Notes: generated from the letters alone by a model not told the origin. A stretch of DNA of 64,000 nt from an uncultured Verrucomicrobiae bacterium (GCA_963719495.1 CAVRCI010000009.1:128001-192000), one strand, 5' to 3'. Positions 10,039 to 20,117 are shown, numbered from the stretch's first letter. Translations and numbers: made by a program.

Positions 10039-10736
10039 CCGATCCCGCCCTCGCCCTCCGCGGCATCGTTCTCCACCCCGCCGCCCCCGCCATCGACCTC
10101 ACCGTCGATTCCGGAGAAAGCTTCGCCGTCCTCGGTGGCAACGGCTCCGGGAAAAGCCGGTTCCTCGCCGCGATCCTCGGCCAGTTCGACAGCGACGGCG
10201 AATCCCTCATCTTCGGCGTCGCCGCCCACCGCCCCTCCACCCGCCGCCGCGCGCTCGCCGAAGTCGGCGTCCTCTTCCAGGAAAATGGCCTCCTCCGCGA
10301 CCTCACCGTCCGCGAGAACGTCGCCCTCCCCGGACTCGTCCGCGCCCGGCTCCGACCCGCCGCCAACGAGGCCGACACCGCCACCCTCCTCGCCCTCCTC
10401 GACTGCGCCCACCTTGCCGCCGCCTACCCGTCGGAACTCAGCGCCGGCGAAGCCCGCCGCGTCGCGCTCGCCCGCGCCATCGCCGGCGACAGCCGCCTCC
10501 TCCTCGTCGACGAACCCACCGCCGGCCTCTCCGAAGACGGCCGCGAACGCGTCATCTCCCTCCTCCGCGCCCTCCTCGCCGAGCGGGTCGTCGAGACCCT
10601 CGTCACCTTCACCGAAGACCGCCGCCTCGCCGCCGCCCTCGCCCCCCGCCACCTCCACCTCGAGCGCCGGGGCGAGACTTTCGGAATCAGCCGCTCGGGA
10701 GCGGTTCCGCTCAGCGACGAAGTTGAGAGTCACTAG
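10035..10736 (+). CDS. MlaF-like ABC ATPase
   Basis: GGNGSGKS, VLFQ..LL.DLTVRENVALP, LSAGEARRVALARA, LLVDEPT; GTG overlaps the permease stop. Confidence 0.8.
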   Translation: MTDPALALRGIVLHPAAPAIDLTVDSGESFAVLGGNGSGKSRFLAAILGQFDSDGESLIFGVAAHRPSTRRRALAEVGVLFQENGLLRDLTVRENVALPGLVRARLRPAANEADTATLLALLDCAHLAAAYPSELSAGEARRVALARAIAGDSRLLLVDEPTAGLSEDGRERVISLLRALLAERVVETLVTFTEDRRLAAALAPRHLHLERRGETFGISRSGAVPLSDEVESH

Positions 10737-10812
10737 TTGAGGGTCGAATCCCAACAACGCCGCGCGCAAATCCGAAACTCCCAACTACCAACTCTCAACT
10801 CCTAACAACCTC

Positions 10813-11781
10813 ATGTCCGACCAACGCCGATTCTGGAGGGAAGTCTTCCCCAAATTCCTCGAAGCCACCGCCATCTGGACCATCGTCGCCGGAGCCATCG
10901 GCTGGCTCACCTGGAAGGAAATCAACCGCACCCCCGATCAGGTCGATCTCGGACGCCCGCTCACCTTCACCGCCGACAACGCCTACGGCGTCGCCGACGG
11001 CAGCCCGCTCATCTGCCAGGGCATCCGCGTCGGCGAGATCCTCGCCGTCGAGCCCGTCACCACCGACGACGGCCGCCTCGAGATCCGCCTCGACGGGACC
11101 ATCGACCCCCGCTTCTCCGAGTGGGCCTTCGCGCCCGAAGCCGCCACCAAGGCCGGAGCCCTCTCCGGCATCACCGGCACCACCATCATTCTCACCTACG
11201 CTGGCGAGCGCACCGACACCGCCGACGAAGCCCCGCAGCAACTCGCCCTCACCGCACCCGAAGAGACCGGCCAGCAGATCACGCGCGTCCTCGCCGAAGT
11301 CACCAAAATCACCACCGCCTTCACCCATCCGATCGATCCCACCCTCCTTCCCGCCGACTGGCCCGCCGACGCCGACCCCATGCGCATCGGCGTCATCGTC
11401 CACAACCTCGAGCGCGCCACCAACACCCTCAAGACCGCCGCCGCAACTCTGGAACAAGAACTCGACGCCACCGACGAAGCCAGCCTCATGGCCAGCCTCC
11501 AAGGCATCCGCGCCAACGTCGACACGCTCACCGCCGAGGCCACCACCGTCCTCCGGACCCTCGACCGAAGCGTCGCCGGCATCGACGACAAGATTTCCGA
11601 CCTCGTCGGAAACTCGGCCAGCGACCGCGCCCAACCCCGCGAGGAAATCACCCGCGCCATCGCCCGCGCCGACGAACTCCTCACCCGCCTCAACGCCCTC
11701 ATTCCCCGCATCGGCGACACCTTCCTGGGCCGCCGCCTCATCGGCAAACCCGACGAACAAAGAGCCGAACCAGCCCGCTGA
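10813..11781 (+). CDS. MCE/MlaD-family protein
   Basis: N-terminal TM, A.GVADGSPL...GIRVGEI MCE motif, helical C-terminal region. Confidence 0.75.
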   Translation: MSDQRRFWREVFPKFLEATAIWTIVAGAIGWLTWKEINRTPDQVDLGRPLTFTADNAYGVADGSPLICQGIRVGEILAVEPVTTDDGRLEIRLDGTIDPRFSEWAFAPEAATKAGALSGITGTTIILTYAGERTDTADEAPQQLALTAPEETGQQITRVLAEVTKITTAFTHPIDPTLLPADWPADADPMRIGVIVHNLERATNTLKTAAATLEQELDATDEASLMASLQGIRANVDTLTAEATTVLRTLDRSVAGIDDKISDLVGNSASDRAQPREEITRAIARADELLTRLNALIPRIGDTFLGRRLIGKPDEQRAEPAR

Positions 11782-11920
11782 CCAACGAGGTGGAGCGGGC
11801 ACTCCGTGCACGCTGGCGAGCGACTCCGCCTGCAAGCCCAGGAGCCGAGCTTCCAATCGGCACCGCCCGCCAACCCGCGCGGAGCGCGAGTTCCACCTTC
11901 GTCAGCTCAGCCGCTGCCCG

Positions 11921-12706
11921 CTACCGAAACGTCGCCATCTCATCCGCGTTCAAATAAGCGACCACGCTGAACCGCTCCCCATCCGACTCCGACAGCGCCA
12001 GCGTCACGTAATACGTCCCGGGCGGGGGTCGCACCAGCGTCGCGGTATTCCGCACGTCGTTGAAGACGAACCCCTTCTTTAATTGCCCCTTGCGCACCGA
12101 ACCCAGCTCGTGTCCCCGCAGGCCCTGGCCATTGTAGGGTTGCTCCGTCAACCACACCGAAAGCTCGAGGTCCCCGGTGTGGCCCGACCTCGTGTGGGAG
12201 ATCTTCGCCACCGACATCTCCACCGTTCCGCCTTCTTCGCTCCACCGCCAACTCCACGGCCCACGCATCGTGAATAGGGGAAGCGGCGGACCCAACTCCC
12301 GCCGCGAACCCATCGTCCGGTGATCCACGATCACGTATCCGCCCGAGCGATACTCCGTGAGGCACAGCGTGATGTAATAGCTTCGCCGCGTCCCGGGCCG
12401 GTTCACCTCCTCGGTCCGGATCACGTCCTCGTAATACTGCCCCGGCCCAAGCCCGTCGAGTTGACCGGAACTCGCCAGCAGCGTCCCGCGAATGCTCCCA
12501 CCCGAGTAGCGCGAATCCGTCGCCCAAAGCTGCAGCTTCAACGATCCGGTCGCGTTCTCCCGGCTCGAATTCCGAATCTCCCCGCCTTTGAGCACAACCG
12601 ACTTGTCCCCGTTGAAAAACTCCACGCCCGTCGAGGGTCCAAACTCCGGTCCGGCCCAACTCACGGAAGCCGCGGCCAGCAAAATGCGGATGATCAAATT
12701 TTTCAT
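11921..12706 (-). CDS. Secreted hypothetical protein with two tandem homologous beta-domains
   Basis: Signal peptide MKNLIIRILLAAASVSWA; internal repeat TG.L.L..W.T...Y.G....G..L...YY.TL.L.E. Confidence 0.7.
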   Translation of the reverse strand: MKNLIIRILLAAASVSWAGPEFGPSTGVEFFNGDKSVVLKGGEIRNSSRENATGSLKLQLWATDSRYSGGSIRGTLLASSGQLDGLGPGQYYEDVIRTEEVNRPGTRRSYYITLCLTEYRSGGYVIVDHRTMGSRRELGPPLPLFTMRGPWSWRWSEEGGTVEMSVAKISHTRSGHTGDLELSVWLTEQPYNGQGLRGHELGSVRKGQLKKGFVFNDVRNTATLVRPPPGTYYVTLALSESDGERFSVVAYLNADEMATFR

Positions 12707-12710
12707 ATCT

Positions 12711-13928
12711 TTATTGGGTCGATTCCGCCTGTTCGTCGTAGCCGTCGATCTTGTTGTAGATGTCCATCGCGCTGTCCTGCGCCTCCATCTGAATAGTGTG
12801 CGCGGTCTCGGCGGCGACTGATTCGTCGAGTTCGATTTCCTCCCCGTTCTTCTCCACACCGACCAGCCGGTCGTATTCGAAATTGTAGATCGTCGTCGTC
12901 CGCCCACCGCTGTCGGCCTCCGCGTCGCTCCCCTTCTTCACCTCGAAGGCCGAGGCAACCAGACCATCCTTCCAGTAGTAGATGACGTAGGTTTCGTTGT
13001 CGTCGTCCGCGCTGTTGACCCACACGAGCTGCCTCAGGAATTCGTTCTCCGTGTCGAGATACCCCAGGTAGCTGATCCGGCGACCCGACTCGGCGTCCCA
13101 GTGGAGTTTCACCTTTTCCACGGCCCCCGACTCCACGTCGGCATCGATCTTTTCGTCCATCCGCGTTCGAAATTCCCGAAAGTCCCCCGCGGTCGACATC
13201 CGGGCCACGCCTTCCGAAGCGACGGGAGTCTGCTCCACTCCGTCGATCGATTTCACCACGGGTCCGTCGGGTCCGCGCGCCAGACTCACTGCGAAAATCC
13301 CCTCCCGGGACGTGTCTTCGTCACCGTCGTCTCCGAAGCGAATGTCGCCCGGACTCTGCCCGAGGTAATCGATCTTCACGTCGACCGGGTCCGCGAGGAC
13401 GAGATCGCCTTTCGGCAGATCGAGTCCACCCGGCGAGAAGCTGTAGAGAAGCTCATCGCCCGCCGCCGCGATCGCCGCTTTTTGCAGCATCGGCCCGATG
13501 GAAGCCTGGCTGCCAAATCCTCCGTCGACCTCGACCAGCACGACACCCGCCGACTCCCACTTCGTCTCGTAAAACAGCAGCGCCAGGCGACTCCCCTCCT
13601 GATCCGGCCCCCACTGGACCCGCAGCGAAGCGTGGTTGAGGTCGGGAAAATACGGGAAAGACCGCTCGTCGATCCCAGCGCCCGAGATGTCGAGCACTTG
13701 CCGCTTCTCCGGGAGGAATACGACCACGTTCTTTTCGAGATCCGCCGTCACCACGACGGCAAACTCGCCATCCGGCGAAGTCGTGCCCTCGATGATCCGC
13801 CCCGATCCCTGGTCGAACGCGATTTCCCGCGCCCCGAGCCACGGAACCAAAGTGCAAAAACCGAGAACGGTCAGAAAATTTCGGAGCGGCGGGCTGGTTT
13901 TTGGTGTTTTCGTCATTTCGCGGTTCAT
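12711..13928 (-). CDS. Secreted acidic hypothetical protein, paralog of 16275..17429
   Basis: Signal-like N-terminus; shares SPDGEFAVV, FPY, GRRISYLGY, YVIYYWKDGL, IYNFE..LVG with the paralog. Confidence 0.75.
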   Translation of the reverse strand: MNREMTKTPKTSPPLRNFLTVLGFCTLVPWLGAREIAFDQGSGRIIEGTTSPDGEFAVVVTADLEKNVVVFLPEKRQVLDISGAGIDERSFPYFPDLNHASLRVQWGPDQEGSRLALLFYETKWESAGVVLVEVDGGFGSQASIGPMLQKAAIAAAGDELLYSFSPGGLDLPKGDLVLADPVDVKIDYLGQSPGDIRFGDDGDEDTSREGIFAVSLARGPDGPVVKSIDGVEQTPVASEGVARMSTAGDFREFRTRMDEKIDADVESGAVEKVKLHWDAESGRRISYLGYLDTENEFLRQLVWVNSADDDNETYVIYYWKDGLVASAFEVKKGSDAEADSGGRTTTIYNFEYDRLVGVEKNGEEIELDESVAAETAHTIQMEAQDSAMDIYNKIDGYDEQAESTQ

Positions 13929-16207
13929 CGGGACGGGGACGGCTCGAGCCGATTCATCATGTCGTCGGCCGATTCGAGATAATTTCGGTCGTCCGCGGGC
14001 AGGTCAGCCGACATCGCCACGACCCGCCGGGCCAGCTCGAGCGCTTCCCCGTTTTCGCCGAGTTCCTCCAAGGCCAACGCCAACGTGAAGAGCGCTTCGA
14101 CGTGACGCGAGGGATCGAGTTCGTCGTTGGTTTCATAGGCGACGAGCGCCCTTCGCGACCAGAGCTCGACCGCCGGCCAATCGTCGGCCTTGAACGCGGT
14201 CGCGGTCCGAAAATCCGCCGACTGCGCCATGTCGGCGTGATTCTCTCCCAGCAATCGCACCCGCAGATCATAGCTCGCCTCCAGTGCCTCGTTGGCCGCG
14301 TCCAACTGCTCCGCACCCAGGAGCTTGACGCCAAGGAGGAGATTCTCGTCCGCAATCCGCGGGTCGTCCGGACCAAACGCCTCGGTGCGCGCGGCGATCA
14401 TTTCCCGCATGACGACCGCGAATTCATCGATCTTCCCCTGCCCCTCGAGCGCCCACGTGAGCGTCTTCATCGCACTGATCGTGGCCGCCTGACCCACCCC
14501 GATTTCGCGGATCCGGGCCGCGACCACCCGACGCGCCAGGGGCTCAGCCGCCTCGTATTCATCGTTCCCGACCAGCGCGTTCGCGAGCATTCCGGACAAA
14601 TAAACCGCCCGCTCGCTCTCCGGTCGCGATCCCCGCTCGACCGCGCTCAACGCCTCCCGATAAGTCGCGATCTCCGCCTCCGCGTCACCCGCCTCGTCGT
14701 GGAGTAAAGCGAGCCGCAGGTAAAAACCATCCGACGTCCGGTTGCCCACGCCGAACTCCTCGTCCGCCAAACGAATGATGTCCCGCAGCATTTCCGCGGC
14801 TTCGGCCGACACACCCTGCTTCTGCAGCGAGACGGCCTGGCTGCCCCGAGCCTGCAGAGTGAGCGCGCCTCCCGGCCCCTCCGTCCGCTCCCAGGCCGCG
14901 ATCACATTCTCGAGCAAAGCGTCCGCCTCCTCGAAGCTCTCCGCCTCCACCAGACTCTGCGCCAGACTCAGCCTGGCCTGCACCGCCCGCAGATCGTCGG
15001 CACCAAATGTCTTCTCCCGCGCCGCCGCGACGCGCTCCCGCAGACCAACCGCCTCGTCCGGCGGCACCATCCCGGCCAGGACCGTCATCAACTCCAGCGT
15101 CGCGGGATGCTCCGCGCCCAACCGCGGCTCGCCCGTCGCCCACTCCACCGCCTCGAACAACGCTTCGGGTGCCTCGGCCAAAGGTCGCCGCCGCTTCTCC
15201 GCCGCGCTCGTCAGCGCCGTCACTTCGGCCCAGGCCACCGGCTCGCTCTCGCGATCCACGAGCGCCAGATAGTCGACGTAAGCCGCGACCTCCTCCGTCG
15301 TTCGGCCCATTGCCTGCTCCGCCGCCGCCACCCGGAGCAACGCCGACAATTCTCCCGCGCGGTCACCCGATTCCCGCGCCGCCGCCAATGCTTGCGCCGC
15401 CGCCTCGATCTCCGCCGCCACCGCGTCGCGCACCTCGGCCACCGTCTGACCCCTCGCCTCCGCGACGTTCGCCTCGGCCAGCGCCACGACATCGGCCTCG
15501 CCTCCCGTGATCGACAGCCGCAGCCGTTCCTGCTCCGCCAGCAACTGCGCGATCAACGCACCCTGCGCGTCCAGCTTGCTCGCCGCCTCCGCGATCACCG
15601 CCTCCTGCGACTGCGATTTGGCGTAAAGAAAAACCCCACCCGCCACCGCGACCAGCAACGCCGCCGCCGCCACGACCAGCGTCAGCCGCCGCCGCGCCCG
15701 CTCCTTCGCCAGTTCGTCCCGCAACGACTCCACGCTGAGCTGCAGCTCCCGCGTCCGCGAGTTGAGGTCCTCCCGCGAATCGAATTCGTAATACAGCTCG
15801 TCCCGCTCGAGCAGCCGCCCCCGGTGCGCCACCTGCAGCTCCCGCTTGTCCTCCGGCTCCGGAGCGTGCTCGTCGAACGGAAATCTCTCCCCACACAAAA
15901 ACACGTAACACGGCAACCCCAGCTCCACCGCGATCTCATACTCCATCTGCGTGAAACTCCGCCGCTCCGGCCCGTCCAGCACCGGCTGCGGCTCCGCCCC
16001 GTAGTAGAATCCCGCCAGGTGCACCACCGCATTGCACGTCTCCAGCTTCGTCCGCAGCATCTCGCGAACGCTCTTGTAATCCGGCGGAAAATCGTCCTGC
16101 ACGATCGGCAGGCACTCCATCCGCCGCAGCCCCTCGCTCACCAACCCCCGCGCCGTCCGCAGATCCCGACTCGTGGCGCTGACAAAAATCCTCGGGACCG
16201 GTTGCAT
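13925..16207 (-). CDS. DUF4062 (TIR-like) - TM helix - TPR repeat protein
   Basis: RIFVSATSRDL..AR, VVHLAGFYYG, SFTQMEYEIA (DUF4062); TM LTLVVAAAALLVAVAGGVFLY; kinesin-light-chain-type TPRs (LGAEHPATL, FGPDDP, LGENHAD). Confidence 0.8.
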   Translation of the reverse strand: MQPVPRIFVSATSRDLRTARGLVSEGLRRMECLPIVQDDFPPDYKSVREMLRTKLETCNAVVHLAGFYYGAEPQPVLDGPERRSFTQMEYEIAVELGLPCYVFLCGERFPFDEHAPEPEDKRELQVAHRGRLLERDELYYEFDSREDLNSRTRELQLSVESLRDELAKERARRRLTLVVAAAALLVAVAGGVFLYAKSQSQEAVIAEAASKLDAQGALIAQLLAEQERLRLSITGGEADVVALAEANVAEARGQTVAEVRDAVAAEIEAAAQALAAARESGDRAGELSALLRVAAAEQAMGRTTEEVAAYVDYLALVDRESEPVAWAEVTALTSAAEKRRRPLAEAPEALFEAVEWATGEPRLGAEHPATLELMTVLAGMVPPDEAVGLRERVAAAREKTFGADDLRAVQARLSLAQSLVEAESFEEADALLENVIAAWERTEGPGGALTLQARGSQAVSLQKQGVSAEAAEMLRDIIRLADEEFGVGNRTSDGFYLRLALLHDEAGDAEAEIATYREALSAVERGSRPESERAVYLSGMLANALVGNDEYEAAEPLARRVVAARIREIGVGQAATISAMKTLTWALEGQGKIDEFAVVMREMIAARTEAFGPDDPRIADENLLLGVKLLGAEQLDAANEALEASYDLRVRLLGENHADMAQSADFRTATAFKADDWPAVELWSRRALVAYETNDELDPSRHVEALFTLALALEELGENGEALELARRVVAMSADLPADDRNYLESADDMMNRLEPSPSR

Positions 16208-16274
16208 CGCCCCACCCAAGGGGAAACCCGGTTGGCGGGCAACAATTTTACCCCTTGCAATCTGCTTGCGCTGC

Positions 16275-17429
16275 TCAGTCCGCCCCGATTTCCAGATAAA
16301 TCGGGCCCGCCCGTGCGATCGAATCATCCAGCACCCGTTCGCCCACTTCCGCAAAACCCGGCTCGTCCGGCGGCACCTCGGCCCCGTCCCGAATCCAGCC
16401 GACCAACTTCTGGTCCTCGAAATTATAGATCTCGTTCGTCCGCCCGACCTCGCTCATCTCCGTGTCGCGGCCCATTCGGACTTCGTAGGCCGACACCAGC
16501 AATCCCTCCCGCCAATAGTAAATGACGTAGCTCTTGTTCTCGTCGTCCTCCCGGTCGCTGTAGACGAGCTGCTCCAGCACGTAAGCTTTGACGTATCCCA
16601 GATAACTCAACCGCCGCCCCGGACGGTCGCTATCCGCGTGGACCTTCACCTTGCGAACGTCCTCGCCCTCCACCTCCACGTCGATCGCGTCCCGCAACGC
16701 CACGAATTCCTCCGCCGTCGACCCCGCTTCAACCGTTGGCTCCTCCTCCGGCTCGGGGTCGTCGCCCATGCTCGGCTCGACTTCGACCGCAAACACGTTC
16801 ACCTCCGGGTCATCGCCCGTCCGGGTGGCACGAACGAGCATTTCGCCCGTCATCTCCGACCGATCCGCCGCGGCGTATTTGACCCGGAACTCGATCGGCA
16901 CCGAGGGTCGCGGCTGCGGCTCATGGTGCTCGATCCATTTGGGCGTGTAGCGAAACACGGTGTCGGAATCCACGTCCACTCCCCTGGCCCGCTCGGCGGC
17001 CACGGCCGCGGCGTCCAGCTTCGGGAGAATGTCGTGCTGCGTCGCCGACTCCTGCGCCGCATCGATCAGATACGCCTTTACCGTCTCCGACTCCGTTCCG
17101 TAGAGCAGCAGCCCGAAATAATACCCCTCCATGTCTGGGCTCCACTTCACGAGCAGCGACTCGTCGTCCGACTCCGCCAGATACGGAAACAGCCGGTCGT
17201 CCTCCGCCGTGAGAGTCAGCACCGGCTTCTGGGTGCGCAGATTCACGATGAGATTTTCGTCATCCCCCGTCATCACAACGCCAAACTCCCCGTCCGCCGA
17301 AGCCGAATCATCCACCAACAAGCCCCGCTTCCCATCGTAAGTCGCGACCTCGAATTGAGCCGCGGCAAACGGAAGACCGAACCCGGCAAAAGCCAGGGAG
17401 AAAGAAAACACTGCGTCGAAAATCTTCAT
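16275..17429 (-). CDS. Secreted acidic hypothetical protein, paralog of 12711..13928
   Basis: Signal peptide MKIFDAVFSFSLAFAGFGLPFAAA; SADGEFGVV, GRRLSYLGY, YVIYYWREGL, IYNFEDQKLVG. Confidence 0.75.
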   Translation of the reverse strand: MKIFDAVFSFSLAFAGFGLPFAAAQFEVATYDGKRGLLVDDSASADGEFGVVMTGDDENLIVNLRTQKPVLTLTAEDDRLFPYLAESDDESLLVKWSPDMEGYYFGLLLYGTESETVKAYLIDAAQESATQHDILPKLDAAAVAAERARGVDVDSDTVFRYTPKWIEHHEPQPRPSVPIEFRVKYAAADRSEMTGEMLVRATRTGDDPEVNVFAVEVEPSMGDDPEPEEEPTVEAGSTAEEFVALRDAIDVEVEGEDVRKVKVHADSDRPGRRLSYLGYVKAYVLEQLVYSDREDDENKSYVIYYWREGLLVSAYEVRMGRDTEMSEVGRTNEIYNFEDQKLVGWIRDGAEVPPDEPGFAEVGERVLDDSIARAGPIYLEIGAD

Positions 17430-17633
17430 ACTTCGTTAGACTGCATATTACGAACCGCCCCGCGGTTCGAACCAATTCCGAAATCCCCCTGAGATGCGAA
17501 CCACGGAAGGACACGGATAAACACGGATGTTTATCCATGAATCGTATCCCCCATCCGCGTTCATCCGTGTCCATCCGTGGTTAAAAGCATTTCCGCATCG
17601 CATCCCGCACCCCCCCTCCTCTAAAAATCCAGG

Positions 17634-18413
17634 GTGCCCACCAAGCCCCGAGCCAGTCGAAAGCCCGCCGCCAAGCGGTCGACCCGCCGGACCAAACTCC
17701 GCACCAGCCTCGCGCCCACTCTCCCCGACACCGTCCCCACCCGCTGGGTCAAGTTCCTCGTCGGCCTCTTCCTGCTCCCCCCGGCCCTCATTCTCACCCA
17801 GACCTTCTTCACGGCCTTCGCCCGCGCCACGGTCCACGAGGCCTTCTGGGCCACCGAGGAATTCTGGTTCTTCAGCCTCGGACTCGTCCTCTGGATCGTC
17901 ACCTTCGTCGCGCTCCCCCGCCCCACCCTCGTCTACGTCTTCGGCCACGAACTCACCCACGCCATCTGGGTCTGGTGCATGGGCGGCCGCGTCAGCGCCT
18001 TCCAGGTGACCGAACGCGGCGGCCACATCCTCTCCGACCGCATCAACACCTGGATCGCCCTCGCCCCCTACTTCTTCCCCATCTACAGCCTCCTCGTCAT
18101 CGCCATCTACGGCGCCCTCGGCCTCGCCTTCGACCTCACCCCCTTCCGCCCCGTCCTCTTCATGCTCATCGGCGCGACCTGGGGCTTCCACCTCAGTTTC
18201 ACCCTCTGGATGATCCCCAAAGGCCAAAGCGACCTCCACTACGGCGGCACCTTCTTCTCGCTCACGATCATCTACACCCTCAACCTCGCCATCCTCGCCG
18301 TCTTCCTCGTCGTCGCCTCCCCGAACCTCACCCTCGCCACCTTCGGCCGCGACCTCCTCGACAACGCCATCACCGCCGCCGTCGCCGCCACCGACCTCGT
18401 CCAAAACCGCTGA
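17634..18413 (+). CDS. M50B-like membrane metallopeptidase
   Basis: YVFGHELTH (HExxH), IALAPYFFP, GQSDL, several TMs. Confidence 0.75.
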   Translation: MPTKPRASRKPAAKRSTRRTKLRTSLAPTLPDTVPTRWVKFLVGLFLLPPALILTQTFFTAFARATVHEAFWATEEFWFFSLGLVLWIVTFVALPRPTLVYVFGHELTHAIWVWCMGGRVSAFQVTERGGHILSDRINTWIALAPYFFPIYSLLVIAIYGALGLAFDLTPFRPVLFMLIGATWGFHLSFTLWMIPKGQSDLHYGGTFFSLTIIYTLNLAILAVFLVVASPNLTLATFGRDLLDNAITAAVAATDLVQNR

Positions 18414-19555
18414 AACCCGACCGCTCCAATCTGCTCGCCCACTTGGCCGAACTCCAAACCGCACACGGCGGTGCGATCCCGGTCGAAACCTACGTCCGTG
18501 AGGCCCTCTACCACCCCACCTTCGGCTACTACTCGCAAAACATCCGCACCGTCGGCCGCCGCGGCGATTTCTCGACCACCGTCACCCTCGGTGACGCCCT
18601 CGCCCGAGCCCTCGCCCGCTGGCTCGCCATCAACCGTCCCGCCGACAAAGCCCCCTGGCACGTCATCGAAGCCGGACCCGGCACCGGCGAACTCGCCGCC
18701 GCCATCCGCAAGCACCTCGGTTTCTGGACCCGCCGCGCCCTCACCTACCACCTCGTCGAGAGCTCCCCCGTCCTCCGCGCCGAGCAGCAGCACCGCCTCC
18801 GCCGCCACCGCAACGTCCGCTGGCATGCCTCCATGACCGCCGCCCTCACCGCGTGCGGAGGCCACGCCACCATCGCCTCCAACGAACTCATCGACGCCTT
18901 CCCACCCCGAGTCTACGAGTTCCGCGCCGGCCACTGGCACGAAGTCGCCGTCCAGATCCACGAAGGCCGGATCGCGGAAATCCTCCTCCCCGACCGCCCC
19001 ATCCCCGCCACCTCCATCTTCGACCAACCCCACCCCGAAGGCCAACGCGTCGAAGTCCACGTCACCGCCGCCGAGTGGCTCGCCACCTGGGTCCCCGCCC
19101 TCCGCGCCGGCCAGGTCCTCACCATCGACTACGGCGACACCGCCGACCGCCTCTATCACCGCCGCCCCCACGGCACCCTCCGAGGCTACTACCACCACCA
19201 GCGAGCCGAAGGCCTGAGCATCTACCACCGCTTCGGCAAACAGGACATCACCGGCGACGTCAACTTCACCGACCTCGAGACCTGGGGCCACCATCTCGGA
19301 CTCGAAACCGTCGCCCTCACCGATCAGACAACCTTCCTCGCCACCCACGGCTCCAAAAAGCCCGCCACCCCCCACGACGCCGCCCTGGCCGACCACACCG
19401 GAGCCGGCACCGCCTTCAAAGTCCTCATCCAAAAGAAAACGGCTGCCCCACCAATCGGCCTCCAACTCTGGCCGACAGGCCCGCAGGGCTGCATCGGGGG
19501 AGCACAGGGTTGCCTTCGGCGGTCTCCGCTTCGCTCCGGCTCCAGCCTGTCGTGA
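18410..19555 (+). CDS. MidA/NDUFAF7-family SAM-dependent methyltransferase (start uncertain)
   Basis: ALYHPTFGYY, GRRGDFST, IEAGPGTGELA, SNELIDAFP, IDYG, GKQDITGDVNF, FKVLIQ. Confidence 0.85.
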   Translation: MKPDRSNLLAHLAELQTAHGGAIPVETYVREALYHPTFGYYSQNIRTVGRRGDFSTTVTLGDALARALARWLAINRPADKAPWHVIEAGPGTGELAAAIRKHLGFWTRRALTYHLVESSPVLRAEQQHRLRRHRNVRWHASMTAALTACGGHATIASNELIDAFPPRVYEFRAGHWHEVAVQIHEGRIAEILLPDRPIPATSIFDQPHPEGQRVEVHVTAAEWLATWVPALRAGQVLTIDYGDTADRLYHRRPHGTLRGYYHHQRAEGLSIYHRFGKQDITGDVNFTDLETWGHHLGLETVALTDQTTFLATHGSKKPATPHDAALADHTGAGTAFKVLIQKKTAAPPIGLQLWPTGPQGCIGGAQGCLRRSPLRSGSSLS

Positions 19556-19583
19556 CGGGTCCGGCAGCTGCCGGACCCGTCAC
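19552..19583. repeat. Perfect 32-bp palindrome
   Basis: GTGACGGGTCCGGCAG|CTGCCGGACCCGTCAC. Confidence 0.9.
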
Positions 19584-19960
19584 AACTGCACGCAAGTGCA
19601 CCGCGAAGCGGCCTCAGCGGCCCTTGCCCGGAAAAGTCACCGGTAGTGGCCCGAAAGCAAATCTGAAGGAAAAAGCGGTGAGATTGGTGGGTCGCCAAGT
19701 ATTCAACGGCGGCGGGGAGTCGAGATAGGATCGATTCCGGGGGATTGGACGGGAAAGGGGTGGATTTTGCGCCGCGGCAGGCACGATTTGGCAGACCGAG
19801 TGCAGAGCAGGTTTGAGGCAATCAAGCAGCGATGAGTTGGGGCTGCGGACCTGGACTGAGGCGGGCGGACCGCAACCGGCAAGACGCTGTTGGGCCTGAG
19901 CAAAGACACTCTTGAGCGCCCCGAACTCCACGATCCGCCGAAGTCATCGAGCTTTAGGAA

Positions 19961-20062
19961 TTTGAACAGAAGCACGCAAAGATCGCAAAGGGATGAAAGA
20001 ATCCTGGAATTCTTCTTCCTGTATTCTTTGCGACCTTCGCGACCTTCTGTTCAAAAGCATTT
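19961..20062. repeat. Tandem-unit hairpin element ending in AAAAGCATTT
   Basis: TTTGAACAGAAGCACGCAAAGATCGCAAAG...CTTTGCGACCTTCGCGACCTTCTGTTCAAAAGCATTT. Confidence 0.75.
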
Positions 20063-20117
20063 CTATTTCACGGGCGTCCAGTTGACTCGCTCGCTCCCGC
20101 TCGTCTCGCCCTCCGGG

